DNA from: the human T2T-CHM13v2.0 reference genome, Homo sapiens
NCBI RefSeq assembly: GCF_009914755.1
Contig: NC_060947.1
Length of the DNA: 64,000 nt
Reading direction: 5' to 3' (one strand)
Part shown: one piece after another, positions 1-13,832 of the stretch
Layout of the letters: each line of letters begins with the position of its first letter
Numbering within the stretch: position 1 is the first letter of the stretch
Position numbers and translations under genes: made by a program
The notes under the pieces: model-generated
Told to the model about the DNA's origin: nothing
What the model saw: only the letters and a program-made list of their open reading frames with translations
Database searches by the model: none

Positions 1-2369
1 CTATGGAGAAAGAGCTGTTGCCCAATTTTACCAACAGCTTAAGCCACCTCCTTGGCCAGAACTGTGTTTGTGCTGCTGCTACTGCTGCAACTGAGGCCAC
101 TCAGGGTGCCACCCTGCACACTCCACTTCTGCCCCACAGCTACCTGCCGGCTGGCTATTTTCTTTGGGGACTGAGATTCCTCCCTCCGGTGTCTCTTCAC
201 CCAATTCTGCTGGTAGATAAGGCCTCAGGATTTCCTCACTCATTCACATGGAACATCCCCTGTGATGGAGTGCAAGGACCAACCAGGACTTTGAATTTAA
301 TGTTTTTATTAATGAATGCATTAGATTACAACTTGGAAGAAATCCTGTATTAGTATCTCAACTGTCCTAAGAAGTGAGTTCTACAAGTTTCCATGAATGA
401 ACTTAATGCTGAATCCCAAGGATACTTTACATATATTCATCATAGATGACTGCCTACATTATGGGTTTTGAGAGGTTCTGAAGTGCCTACCTACCTCCAA
501 ATATCTCTCACATCAGACTGCTGTAAAAGCTAAAATCGATATGTTAGGACCACTGCTTTAGATAGCATATCTTTAGAAGGTCTAATATTAGTACTCAATT
601 TTTATCAGGTAAATACATTCAGAGTACAGGATTGAAAAGAAAATTGGGAAGAAAACTTATTTTAGAAAGTTTGGAAGCAAATGATGTTGACCCTAAGGTG
701 AAACAAGTCATCCTCTGCATGAGAATGGGGCACTGGGTTACCAAGTAGCTGAAAAGCTTCTTAGTCTCTAAGGGTAAAAGTAAGCTACAAAATATCAAAG
801 AAAAGCTTGTGTAGTTTAATGATCAGGGATGACAAATAGCATAAGAAAATTACTAGAGGGAAGTGGGTGGGTAAAAAGAAACTTTATTTGCTTCATACTG
901 GCCATGCCTACCCCTACTCATCACCCCAGTCTTTTGGGTATAAAGACAATTACACTTGAATTTGCTTAAGAGGAAAACAATCAGTAGCACTATGTAGCTG
1001 TGCTATTTAAAAAAATCTTCTCTCAGAGTATGGAATAAAATAATTGGAAGAAGCAGCAATCTATATGAGCAAGCATCCTCTACAGGAGATAACACAGGAA
1101 TAGACTTGGGGAGGAGTTTCCCAAGACTAGAGGAAGAATCATGAAGAGTTCACATGAGATGTCTTTCTTCTGAAGTGCTCAAAAGACTGTGTGAATGCAA
1201 AATACCTTGGAGGATGGCTGTCATGGTGTCCTCAGGGTCTTCATCATGAGGTGAATAAATTTTTTCTGGTTTTGCCTTGTATTGAATTCCTTACTAGAAT
1301 AGATGGTCAGGTACCCAGGCTCCTGTGTATTGCTAAGGTGCCTCTATACATAAATAATACAAATTGTATATGAATGCCAAAGTGCATGATTTAATTATAT
1401 CTTTAATGTCTCATCATGCACTTGAAGTTCATATCATTTTATTGGTTTTCTTTCCAGTTTTTCCCTTGTGTTAAAGACAAAGTCTAATAATGGAAAATAA
1501 TTAAATTTCCTTCAGTTGAGAATGTCAATGTGGTTGGTATTCAGAATATCAATGGGTTTTCTAAAAGGAAGAAATTAAGCATAGAACTTTTAATAAGACA
1601 AACATTACTATATATTAAATCTGGATTAAAATTTAGATGCTACTCCTTAGCTCTTAATGGTACTTAACATGGCAATTTTTCTATAGCATCAAGTAATGTG
1701 ATTGGAGGCAAGGTGTGATAAATATAAAATCTTTTAGCCAATTGAAAGATATAACAACATGGTGATATTTTTAGTTTCAATTTTTATGATCGCATATGTG
1801 TGCCTGTGATTGTAGGTGTGTGATGTAAATCATCCTTGCTACATTACCTGCCTCAAAATTATTAGGTTGCCTTCCTTAACTCTTACTCGTAGTAGAGGTA
1901 ATTCTGCTATAGGGCAGATTACCAATACAGCACTCCATCAACTAGCACTGTTTGCTATATCCATGGAGATATGTCATTACCTAAAAATCTCCAAAATGCC
2001 ATTAGCTAAAAAAGTCCAAGATATGGATATGAAAGAAGATTAGCCAAATTTTAAAATATGTTTTCAGACACCTCCATCCGGGAAGTTGGTCCTGTTATTA
2101 TTATAATAACTGGGGCAAATATATCTATGCTTTCAGGAACTAGTGTGTAATATTTAGTTCCCATGATGAATTATGGCCTTTACCTGAACCCTCTTCTTTC
2201 CCTTCCTACAAAATATGATAGGATTAAAAAACACCATATCTATTATTTTATACTGAGGAGCATTTCTTAGGTATGCTAACCAAATGATGGAATTCTTTGC
2301 TTACAGAGTAAGATCTTTCTGGCAGACTCTAATAGTGGTGAAATAAAACAAATTGCATCAACCTATTCA

Positions 2370-2470
2370 GTTTAGTATAGTAATACATATATTTTCATTT
2401 TAATCCATTTATATAAATATTGGTTTAGTATAGGAGTAGATATATTTTCATCTTAATCCATTTATATAAA
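2370..2470. repeat. Diverged 53-bp-period tandem duplication (2 copies of 48 bp)
   Basis: gtttagtatag..ttaatccatttatataaa at 2370-2417 and 2423-2470, 4 mismatches. Confidence 0.85.
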
Positions 2471-2804
2471 ACTGGCAAACTTATGTAGGTAGACATTTAT
2501 TGAGTACATAATCTGTGCCAGACACTGTTCTAGATCATATATTGGAATCATTAACCTGAATATGTTTAATAGAACATTCTATTATTAATAATGTCAGAGA
2601 AAAGAGGGAATACTGTATATAATTTTGACTCTAACAGTGAGTATATAGAACATGTAAATTTATGTATATTAAATTATTTTATGTTTAAGATCCCCAAACA
2701 CTTCTTTATTGCCAAAGTCAATGAGTAATTTTCAGTCTAATCTGCTTGAGCACTGTGATGTATACTTGTTATGGTATCATTTACTGGCTCCTCTCTTCAA
2801 GAAA

Positions 2805-2902
2805 AAAACTGCCCAGATGACTTATAGAACTGTGAGCTAAGTAAATGCTTGTTGTCATAAGCCACTAAGTCTGGGGCTTATATGTCATACAACAGCAGTT
2901 AA
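2805..2902 (+). mobile_element. MLT1-type (MaLR) LTR 3' fragment
   Basis: agaactgtgagc..taaatgcttgttgt..taagccactaagt..gggg resembles the MLT1 3' end. Confidence 0.55.
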
Positions 2903-2955
2903 TTTCAAGTTTGGGGCTATCCCTTGTGAATAAAACTGGTATAGACATTCTTGTA

Positions 2956-3334
2956 TGATATGGTTTGACTCTGTGTCCCCACCTGAATTTCATGTCAAAT
3001 TGTAATTCCCAACGTTGGGGGAGGGATCTAGTGGGAGGTGATCGATCATGGGGGCAGAATTCCCCCTTTCTCTTCTCATGAGACTGAGGGAGTTATCATG
3101 ACATCTGTTTTTTTAAAAGTATGTAATACTTCCTCCTTTAATCTCTCTCTACTGCCACCATGTGAGGATGTGCTTGCTTCTACTTTGCCTTCCACCATGA
3201 TTGTAAGTTTCCTGAGGCCCCACAACCATGGCCCCTGTACAGTATGAGTACTGTGAGTCAATTAAACATCTTTTATTTATAAACTATCCAGTCTCAGGTA
3301 GTTCTTTACAGCAGTTTGAGAACTGACTAATACA
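2956..3334 (+). mobile_element. MSTA/THE1D-like MaLR 5' LTR
   Basis: Starts tgatatggtttgactctgtgtccccacc and ends gactaataca; typical THE1/MST LTR. Confidence 0.9.
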
Positions 3335-4650
3335 GAGAATCAGTACTGACAGAGTGGGGTACTGCCATAAAGACACCTGAAGGTGTGGAAGTGACTTTGG
3401 AACTTAGTAAAGGGCAGTAGTTGGAACAGTTTGGAGGGACTAGAAGAAGACAGGAAGATGAGGGAAAGTTTGGAACTTCCTAGAGACTTGTTGAATGGCT
3501 GTGACCAAAATGCTGATAGTGATATGAACAGTGAAGTCCAGGCTAAGGTGGTCTCAGATGGAGATGAGGAACTTATTGGGAACTGGAGTAAAGGTCAATC
3601 TTGCTATGCTTTAACAAAGAGACTGGTGGCATTGTGTCCCTGCTCTAGAGATCTGTGGCATTTTGAACTTGAGATAAATGATTTAGGGTATCCAGTGGAA
3701 GAAATTTCTAAGCAACAAAGCATTCAAGATGTGGCCTGGCTGCTTCTAAAATCCTATGCTCATTTGCTTAAACAAATTACCTGAAACTAGAATTTATATT
3801 TAAAAGAGAAGTAGAGCATAAAATTTTAGAAAATTTGCGGTCCTACTATGCAGTAGAAAAGAAAAACCCATTTTCTGAGGAGGAATTCAAGGCTGCAGAA
3901 ATTTGCATAAGTAAATAAGAGCTGAATGTTATTAGCCATGGCAATGGATATAATGACTCCAGGGTATTTCAGAGAACTTTGCTGCAACCTTCCCATCACA
4001 GGCCTAGAGGTTAGGAGAAAAAAAATGGTTTTGTGGGTCGGGGCCTTGCTTCTCTGTGCAGCCTTGAGACATGGTGCCCTGTGTCCTAGCTGCTTCAGCT
4101 TCAGCCATGGCTATAAGGGGTCAAGGTAAACTTCAGGCCATTGCTTCAGAGGGTGAAAACACCAAGCCTTGGTGGCTGTCACTCAGTGTTGGGCCTGCAG
4201 GTGTGCAGAAGGCAAAAATAGAGGTTTGGGAACCTCTGCCTAGAATTCAGAGGATGTATGGAAATGCCTGATTGTCCAGGCAGAAATCTGCTGCAGGGGC
4301 AGAGCCCTCATGTAGAACCTCTGCTAGGGCAGTGCAGAGGGAAAATGGGGGTTGAGAGCTTCCACACAGAGTCCCCACTAGGGCACGGCCTAGTGGAGCT
4401 GTGGGAAGAGGTCCACTGTCCCCCAGGCCCCAGAATGGTAGATTCACTGATAGCTTGCACCGTGCATCTAGAGAAGCCATGGGCACTCAACGCCAGCCCT
4501 TAAAGGCAGCCATGAGGGCTGTACCTAAAGAACTACAGGGCTGTAGCTGCCCAGGGCCTTGGGAACCCACCCTTTGCATCAGTGTGGCCTGGATGTGTGA
4601 CATGGAGTCAAAGGATATTATTTGTAGTTTTATGACTGCCCTGCTAGGTT
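3335..4650 (+). mobile_element. MST/THE1 internal region, 3'-truncated
   Basis: Follows the LTR directly; ORF 3431-3784 (LEEDRKMRESLELPRDLLNGCDQNADSDM) is the typical MaLR-int translation; no 3' LTR follows. Confidence 0.9.
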
Positions 4651-5511
4651 TAGAGGTTTATTTTGCTATGGTTAAGGACCATGACCCATGACACAGCCTC
4701 AGGAGTTCCTGAGAACATGTGCCAAAGGTGATGGGTTACACCTTGGTTTTATACATGCTAGGGAGACAGAAGTTGCAGGCAAAGACATAAATAATATATG
4801 TAAGGTATACATATATTATACCTTAAAGTAAATAAATTATATAAATTATACATTGGTTCAGCCCAGAAAGTTGGGGCATCTTGAAGTGGTGGCTTCCAGG
4901 TCATAGGCGGATGTAAAGATTTTCTGATTCTCAATTCCCCCTGAAGAGCTGAATTCAGCATAAAGAAATGCTTGAGTTTAGATAAGGAAGTTGTGGAAGT
5001 CAAGGTTTTTATCATGTACATGAAGCCTCCATGTAGCAGACTCTAGGAAGAAAAGATGGTGAATGGCCCTTATCAGACCTTAAAAGATATCAGAGTCTCT
5101 GGGAAAGACCTAGCAAGGGAAGAAGATTCTCTACGGAATGCAAATTTTTCCCACAAGGGACAGATTTGCAGGGCCATTTCAGAATATGTCAAAGAAATAT
5201 ATTTGGGGGTAAATATTTTGATTTCCTTCAGGGACTGTTATCTGTCATATGATGCTATACCAGTAAGGTTGAAATTTGGTCATAGAATTATTGCTACAAA
5301 GAGTCTGTTTTCTCAGTCTTAAGAGCTCTGTTTTAATGTTAGTGCTGGTCCATTGTGTCTAAACACCAAAGGGAAGAGGGTATGAGTCATATCTGAATCC
5401 CCCTTCTCATTATGGCCTGAACTATTTTTTTCAGGTTTTGTTGAGTTCTCCTTGGCCAAGAGGAGTTCCATTCAGGCAGTTGGGGGCTTAGAATTTTATT
5501 TTTGGTGTATG
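4651..5511 (-). mobile_element. MER4-family (MER4D/E-like) ERV1 LTR, missing its extreme 3' end
   Basis: Reverse complement begins ~caaaaataaaattctaagccccca; contains gacacagcctcagga..gagaacatgtgcc. Confidence 0.8.
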
Positions 5512-5529
5512 TCTGCCATGTAATGAGAA

Positions 5530-5770
5530 TAATAAATAAAAGTTATTAAGTACTTCTTATGTGCCAGACACTAGTATGTGTGGTTACATGAATCCACTTA
5601 GCAAATATTCTCAATAATGTGAAAGCAGGTTCATTGTTTTCCTTAATTTTACAGAGGAAACAGGAACAGGGAGTTTCAGTAACTTGCCCAAGATCCTGCA
5701 GATAATAATCAGCAAAATCAGGCTTTAAAGCCAGGCAGTCTGATTTCAGAGTCTGTGCTCAAAGCCATTA
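5530..5770 (-). mobile_element. MIR SINE
   Basis: ttttacagaggaaac..agtaacttgcccaagatc core. Confidence 0.7.
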
Positions 5771-6619
5771 TGGTACGCTGTTCTTGATCATTTGAATTCT
5801 GGACTTAAGTATCCCTGAACTGGAATGGTAACTCCACAATGTTATCACTAATTCTGTCACCCTATATGGTTCTGTTTGCACATCGTTAGCAATTGTGTTT
5901 CATCTTATGGTCAATAGATGACTGAATTACTTCCAGCATCATGGCAGTGTTCCAAAAAATAATAACAAACAGCAACATAGACAAGCTGACACTTACCTCT
6001 ATCACAGGAAAAATAAACAGCTTCAATGGCAAAACTTGTCCATGTACCTCAAGCACGAGTAAGGGATTGAGACTTCCCTGGCCCAAGGTTTTGACCTATA
6101 CTGCCTCCATAGTCTCATCATCAGGAGTCTTTGTCCCATTGTAGAAGATAGCCCTTTGAGGCTCTCTGAGTCCCGTATCAGTAAAAATTTTCAGTGATTG
6201 CACTGAAAACCTGGATCTGATTCTATGATCACCAATTAGTCTTCTGATTATGCTTTTGCCTCCCATTAAGGCAGAGAATGTGCTATTCTCTCAGATGTTA
6301 TGTGGAAATCTATTGAGCAGGAGAGTGAAGCCTGGCTGAAGGCACACATTTTGATTAATTTTACTTGGAAATCTTATAGTAACACAATTTTATTAATCTG
6401 TAGCTTATACCATTTTTCTTAATATATTTTAAAACCTCTTCAGCAAGGGAAGGATGCAGGGAGAGAGCGAGTCTGGATCAAAATATTCTGATCTCATTAA
6501 TTTGGATAAATGAGAGGGGAAAGAAAAGCAAGGAGGTATTACAGCAAAGTGAAATACACAAACAATTTTAAAATAAGTGTATTTTAAAAATTCATGTGAT
6601 ATCCCTAAAGGTGGGTACT

Positions 6620-6715
6620 ATGTTTATTTTTGCTCAATATTGTGTACCCAGTACCTGACATAGTGTCTGATACAATAGATACTCAATAACTAAGTCAAAT
6701 TAATGAATAAATACA
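6620..6715 (+). mobile_element. L2 3' end fragment
   Basis: cccagtacctgacatagtgtctga..tagatactcaataa..atgaataaat. Confidence 0.55.
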
Positions 6716-7519
6716 AATATTACTAAGAATAGGCACCAAGCAGACATGCTTAAACTAATATATAATAAACTTATGGTGAATCATTATTAATTTTAGAATT
6801 ATAAATGCTTAAGCTTTTGAAAACCTTTGCTCTATGTGATTATTAATTACTTAAATAATTAATGTGATCCATAAATAATTCAAAATTAATTAATTTTTTT
6901 ACCATTTACAAAGAAAATTTATAAGTTAATATCCACACAATCTCTGTATAAATTATCATGAATTTCATTTTAGAAATTTGAGTTTATTGAGGAGTTAGTA
7001 GTCTCTTCATAACTTACAGCAAGTAGAAGTAAAAACGTGCCATTTACAACCCTTTTCAATAATAGTCTGTTTACTTTCCTTGACCAAAATAATGTTAATA
7101 TAATAGTCCCTATCAGAACTACTTATTCCTGATGAAAGCTAGATGAATCAAGCCTGTGCATAGAAAATCATTTGCCTTTAAGCTTCTTGAATGGAAGAGT
7201 TTAAGATGGTATCTAGAGAGAGACAGAATATCATATAGAATAACATTCCTGTCTGCCAAAGAAAATTATTCTGAGCAAAACTATCTCTTCCACTGGCTTC
7301 TTTTTGTTCTTGAATTTCTTAATATTGGCTGAACTGCAAGTTACACTGTACTGATATGGAGGAAGGTAGGAAGTAGAAGTGTGTGAGATAAAACAACATT
7401 TTGGTCAATATGCCAATCAATCACCTTAGTTAGATTATTTGAAAGAAGTTACTTTTTTGTCAGTTGCCAGTGTAGCACAAGTCATTATATCCTGAATAAC
7501 TCATTCTACTTACTGTGAT

Positions 7520-7770
7520 GACATGTTTTGATTGTTTACTCTGTGCCAGTCACTTTATAAATGCTTTACTGAAATATAACTCTTTCAATCCTTGCAGCAA
7601 CCTTGTGAAATAAGCAAAGTTTCACCCATTTCACAGATGTCAAAATTCAGGCACAGAACTGTTCAACCATACTTTTCCAAGGCCACTCAATCAGTAAGTA
7701 GACAAGCTGAAATTCAAATTTGGGCATCTGCCTACAAGTTTCCTGATCAATGTATCTAAACTGCCTTATG
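7520..7770 (-). mobile_element. MIR SINE
   Basis: cccatttcacagatg..aggcacaga..ttccaaggccactca. Confidence 0.65.
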
Positions 7771-8103
7771 ACACAGACTAGGGCCCTGATGAAGTGGGGT
7801 GAAGGAAAGGTGATATAAGATGATGACAATATATTCAGGAGAACAAGAGGGCTGTTCAGGTTGTGAGCATATGGGGAAAAAAGGGTAGAGAGATGGTCAA
7901 CACACTTTATAACTTTGCTAATGACCAACCCTGTTTATTATTATTTGTAAATATTATCATTTGTCAAAGATGTTTTTCACATGTTTATTCTTCGCATTAA
8001 TTTTCAAAAATTATAATGTCAAATATTCATGAGCTATTAAAACACCACTAAAAAAATGTAGCCTTCTGTTGATACTTAGAAATTTACATCGTTATACATT
8101 TGA

Positions 8104-8445
<342 letters not shown>

Positions 8446-8854
8446 ACATTTATTTTTTAAAATATATAAAAATAAAAATGACAATCTAATCTATGTGATA
8501 GATTGTTTATCAGGTTTTTTTTTAGGTATAGAAATCAGATTTTACAATAGAAAAACAAGAAACAGATCTTTGGTACACATAATCTGATTAAAACACCAGT
8601 AATTTTCTAGGCCCAGAAATAACAAGTAATTTAATATCATACAACTTAATGACACTCAACCACTGACTGTGCAAAACAGTATACCAAGTACAGTGATGTA
8701 AATGTGATACTATGTACCTACAAGAAACCTTATAAACAAAGGGAATCGGGTATTTCAAAAATAAAAAATCTTCAGAAAATCTGTCTTATAATCAAGCTCT
8801 TGGCTACTCTTTACTTTTAAAATTAAATGTAAATGACCAGATTTAATTATCTTT

Positions 8855-8880
8855 ACACACACACACACACACACACACAC
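8855..8880. repeat. (CA)n microsatellite
   Basis: About 13 AC units. Confidence 0.95.
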
Positions 8881-8937
8881 GAATTAAGCTCATTTTGCTG
8901 AGTACTCACTAACAATATATATTTAAAGGCTTAGCAC

Positions 8938-9234
<297 letters not shown>

Positions 9235-11249
9235 TGAATGCTTTTGTTTAAAAAACAAAACACTAGTAGTCTATAATAGTAGTCCTCAAGCTATCCATGT
9301 AGCAGGACCAAATTTACTATTTCCAATCTGTTGCAAAGTTATGTTTTGTACAATAAAATAAAAAGTAATTAATTTAAAAATTAAAACAGAAAATAATACA
9401 GAATAAAATTCAAAATGTTTTATCGTTACTTTCAATACATGTAACATTACTGTGTGATGGTTTTAAATGTTTTTATTCAATTTTTATAGTTACTTGGCTG
9501 CCAATTGATAATAGTTGGCAGATCAGCACTGGCTCCCACATCAAACTTTGAGTAAAACTTCTCTAGAGTACTCAGCAGTAGCCCTCAATATAAGTACACC
9601 AATTTAAAGAGAGATTCTGTCACAGATAACAGAAGCGAAACTTTTTATTTGCTTAGAATCAAATAGCACTAGCAAAACAGACATGGTAGCAGATTAACAC
9701 ATTATATTGTTTTTTGTTTTTTAAATTACTTTGGTTGACCAAAGCCTTCTGTCTGATTGACAAATAGGGATAGAAATACATTTGACTCACTGGAAGGGAA
9801 TAGACTTGGGATCCATTGAAATATTTTAATTTTATTCAGAATTGAGACAAGTCCTCTTACATAATTAACCCTGACAATAAAAGAGGAAGTGAAATTTCAA
9901 TTCATGAAATTACTTTTCTTTTTTTTATAGGTATTAGTCATTGTTCACTATTCAACCATTACAAACACAATGTTAAAAAGTGGAACAAAATTGGAATCAT
10001 CTGACAATGTTAGCTATGTTCATGACAACTAATGAAGTGATTGATTTTGTGGCTGTATTTTGGTAATGATCTAAGTTGCAAAGTAGAAATTAAAGTGTCA
10101 AAAATGAATTTCACATTTATCTGGAAGAATAATAAAATTTGGTCTTTTTTCCCTTTGTATCCATATGTTGAATTATTCTGCATGACATTTCAGGGTCAAA
10201 TCATCAGTCCATTCTTAATTTCATATCAATTCAGATGATACAAATAATTGAATATAGAGTATCAGAACTGAAATGAAAAACTAAGGCAAATATTATGAGT
10301 GATAGTTTAGTTAATATGGAAGAAAATATAAGTGCTAGCTTGGTTTGTGATAGAACACCAAAATGTGAGTTGAAAATTATTCCCAGTAAGAAAAATAGCA
10401 ATGATTGGTGACAAGAAAGAAATTGGATAGGCTGAATATTTTAATTCCAAATTACAATTAATGTATCAATATAGATTTATTGAATATTCACTATATATGA
10501 GGTGCTGTTTTAGTTACTGGGAATATAGCAATAAAGAAGATGATAGTTCTTTTAGAGCTTAAATTAAATGAGGATATTTGTGGAAAGAGCTCCTTCTTGT
10601 AAAATATTTTATAGATTTTAAGATATGTATTTTTCACATTTTACTCTCTCAAATCATAATTCATCTTAATAATTTAAGGGATCTTATAAGCTTTTTTACA
10701 GGAGGCAGCTGTGAAAAAATTGACATTGTCTCATTACCTCATGATTTGTACATGTGTGAACTTCATCTTAGTCTTTCATGTTGCCCTAAATTTAACAAAA
10801 TTATGTGCATTGTTTGATGAAAGCCTCATTCATTAACGGAAGGTAATTTGCAAACAGGATAGAGCTTCCCAATGAATTAGGAAGGCAAAAGAGTTTGCCT
10901 CAAACCAGAAAGAGATTCCCTTGGACTCAGGTAAAGAAAGAGAAAGAGGTCGGATGGTTAACAAGCCACCTAAAATAGAAGTCTAGAATTCCTTGGTAAA
11001 TCACCAGGGCTGTTAATTCTTGATACATTTGTAGATATAATGTTAACAGTAAAAATAAACTTGCTGGAAAGCACAGTGACTTAGTCTTTAATCTTGATGG
11101 CTGACTGCACAACTTGAGCTCTTCAGCATTTCAGTCAACAAAATATTTAGGGAATATTTTAGGTAGAAACGTGGATTGGTTGCCAACTGAAAATCTTTTG
11201 TTTACACTTTCTGGTTAAAATAAAGGCAGTACCAACATTACAACTTGCA

Positions 11250-11703
11250 TATTGCGGCACTATTCACAATAGCAAAGACTTGGAACCAACCCAAATGTCC
11301 ATCAATGATAGACTGGATTAAGAAAATGTGGCACATATACATCTTAAAATACTATGCAGCCATAAAAAAGGAAGAATTCATGTCCTTTGCAGGGACATGG
11401 ATGAAGCTGGAAACCATCATTCTCAGCAAACTATCACAAGGACAGAAAACCAAATACCGCATGTTCTCACTCATAGGTGGGAGTTGAACAACGAGAACAC
11501 ATGGACACAGGGCAGGGAACATCACACACCAGGTCCTGTCGGAGGGTGGGGGGTTGGGGGAGGGATAGCATTAGGAGAAATACCTAATGTAAATGACGAG
11601 TTGATGGGTGCAACAAACGAACATGGCACATATATACCTATGTAACAAACCTGCACGTTGTGCACATGTACCCTAGAACTTAAAGTATAATAATTTTTAA
11701 AAA
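11250..11703 (+). mobile_element. L1PA 3' end (5'-truncated)
   Basis: ORF2 C-terminus (IAALFTIAKTWNQPKCPS) plus 3'UTR ending ccctagaacttaaagtataataa. Confidence 0.95.
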
Positions 11704-11879
11704 TCCTTGCATAATTAGTATTGCAGTCTTAGAAAAAGTCATGGAGATAATAAAGGAACATCTTACAATGCCACATTAACCACATTCTGGAAGTCGCAGA
11801 GAATAGTATTGTGTGATAAAATATGGACTTTAGACTTTGAAAATCTGAAGTCAAACATGACTAAAAAGAGGTCTCCCTG

Positions 11880-13832
11880 GATATAAAATTAACATAAAAA
11901 GTGAATTGTCTTTCTATATACTAGCAATGAATACAAGGAAAAATCAAAATTAAAAATACAGTGCCATTAATAATCACTCAGAGAAAAAATGAAATGTTTA
12001 GTTATAAATCTAACAAAACATGTATAAGACATATATATTGAAAACTATAATACTTATGAAATATATCAAAGGTGGTATAGATAAAAATTGACATATAAAC
12101 CATGTTCATAGATTGCAAGACTCAACTTGGTAAATATATCAATTCTCAATAAATTGATAAACAGGGTTAACATAATGCTGCTGACAACCCAGGAAGATAC
12201 TCTGTAGTTATGGATAAGATTACTTGGAAAGTCATATGGAGAGAAAAATACGCTAGGATTGATGAAATAATTTTGAAAAGGAAGAATAAAGTGGGAGGAG
12301 TCAGTCTGTCTAATTACAAAACTTACTACAAAACTTATTATATAACTATTATTTTTAGAAGGGACAGACACATAGAATGGAACCAAACAGAAGAAAAATA
12401 GGACTACATGTATATGGCCATTTGATTTTTGCCATAGGCACAAATGTGATTCAATGGAGGAATGATAAACTTTTTAACAAATGGTGATGAAACACGTGCA
12501 TACCAATAGGCAAAAATTGACCTTAAACTAAATCTCTCAATTAAAAACTTAACCCAGAATGCATCATTGACTTAAATATAAAACTTCAAAATATAAAACT
12601 ATTAGAAGTAAACACAGGATAAAATCTTTGGAATATAGGGCTAAGCAAAAAAGTATTTAAACATGACACCAGAAAAAATGACGCATAATTTTTGGAAATG
12701 ATAAATTGGACTTCATCACAAGTTAAACCTTTTGGTCTGCAGACACCTCTATTAAGAGGAAGAAAAGACAAGCTACAGACTGGGAGAAAGTATTTGCAAA
12801 CTATCTTTATATTTAAAACTTATAAATACCTCAAGGTACAGTATACATTCAACAATAAAAGCTAGAAATGGACAAAAGACATGAAAAACATTTCACAGAA
12901 GAGTATTTACACATGGCACATAAGCGATGAAACACATTAATATCATGAGTCGTTAGAGAAATGCAGATTAATACCACAAGAGATATCACTACACACCTGT
13001 TAGACCGCTAAAATAGAAAATAGTGGCAATACCAAATGCTGCTGCTGCTGCAGCTTATGTACCTCTGATACCTGGTTAGTAGGAATATAAAATAGTACAA
13101 CCACTCCTGAAAATTGTTTTGTCAGTTTTTTAAAAAACTAAACACACATTTACCATATGACCTAACAATTGCCTTCTTGAGCATTTATCCCAGATAAATG
13201 AAAACATGTCCACACAGATACCTGTACATGTTTGTTTGTATTTGTATTAGCCTAAACTGGAAAAAAAGTGTTATATAATAGGTAAGTAGTGAGTCAAACT
13301 TTGACACAACCATATCATGGAATATTATTCAGCAATAATAAAGAACAAACTATTGGTACTTGCAACAACTTAAATGGATCTCAGGGGCATAATGCTGCAT
13401 AAATTAAAGCAATTATCAAATGGTTACATGTAGTATGATTTTTTTATTTAAATAATATTATTTATTGAAAGAAATTTATTTACATTCCTCAAAATGGCAA
13501 AATTATAGAGATGAAGAACAGATTTGAGGTTTCCAGGATTGTGTTTGGGGAGGGGGAGGTGAATATGGCCAGACAAGCAAGAAGTATTCTTATGGTGATA
13601 GAATAGCTCCATGCTTTGATTATGGTGGTTATTACATGACTGTATACATGTAATATACGGAAACAAAACTGTATACACATTGTATCAATGTCAATTTTCT
13701 GGATTCAGTAGAGTACTATAGCTGTGCAAGATGTCACCATTTGGTGAGAGCTGAATGAAGATTAAATAGAAACTATCTGTAATAGTTTGGCAACTTTTTG
13801 TGAATCTGTAATTATTCAAAATAACAAGTTAA
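11880..13832 (+). mobile_element. Old L1M (L1MC/MD-like) ORF2 3' part and 3'UTR
   Basis: Degenerate ORF2 (ILKRKNKVGGVSLSNYKTYY) and L1M 3' end caactttttgtgaatctgtaattatt. Confidence 0.85.
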
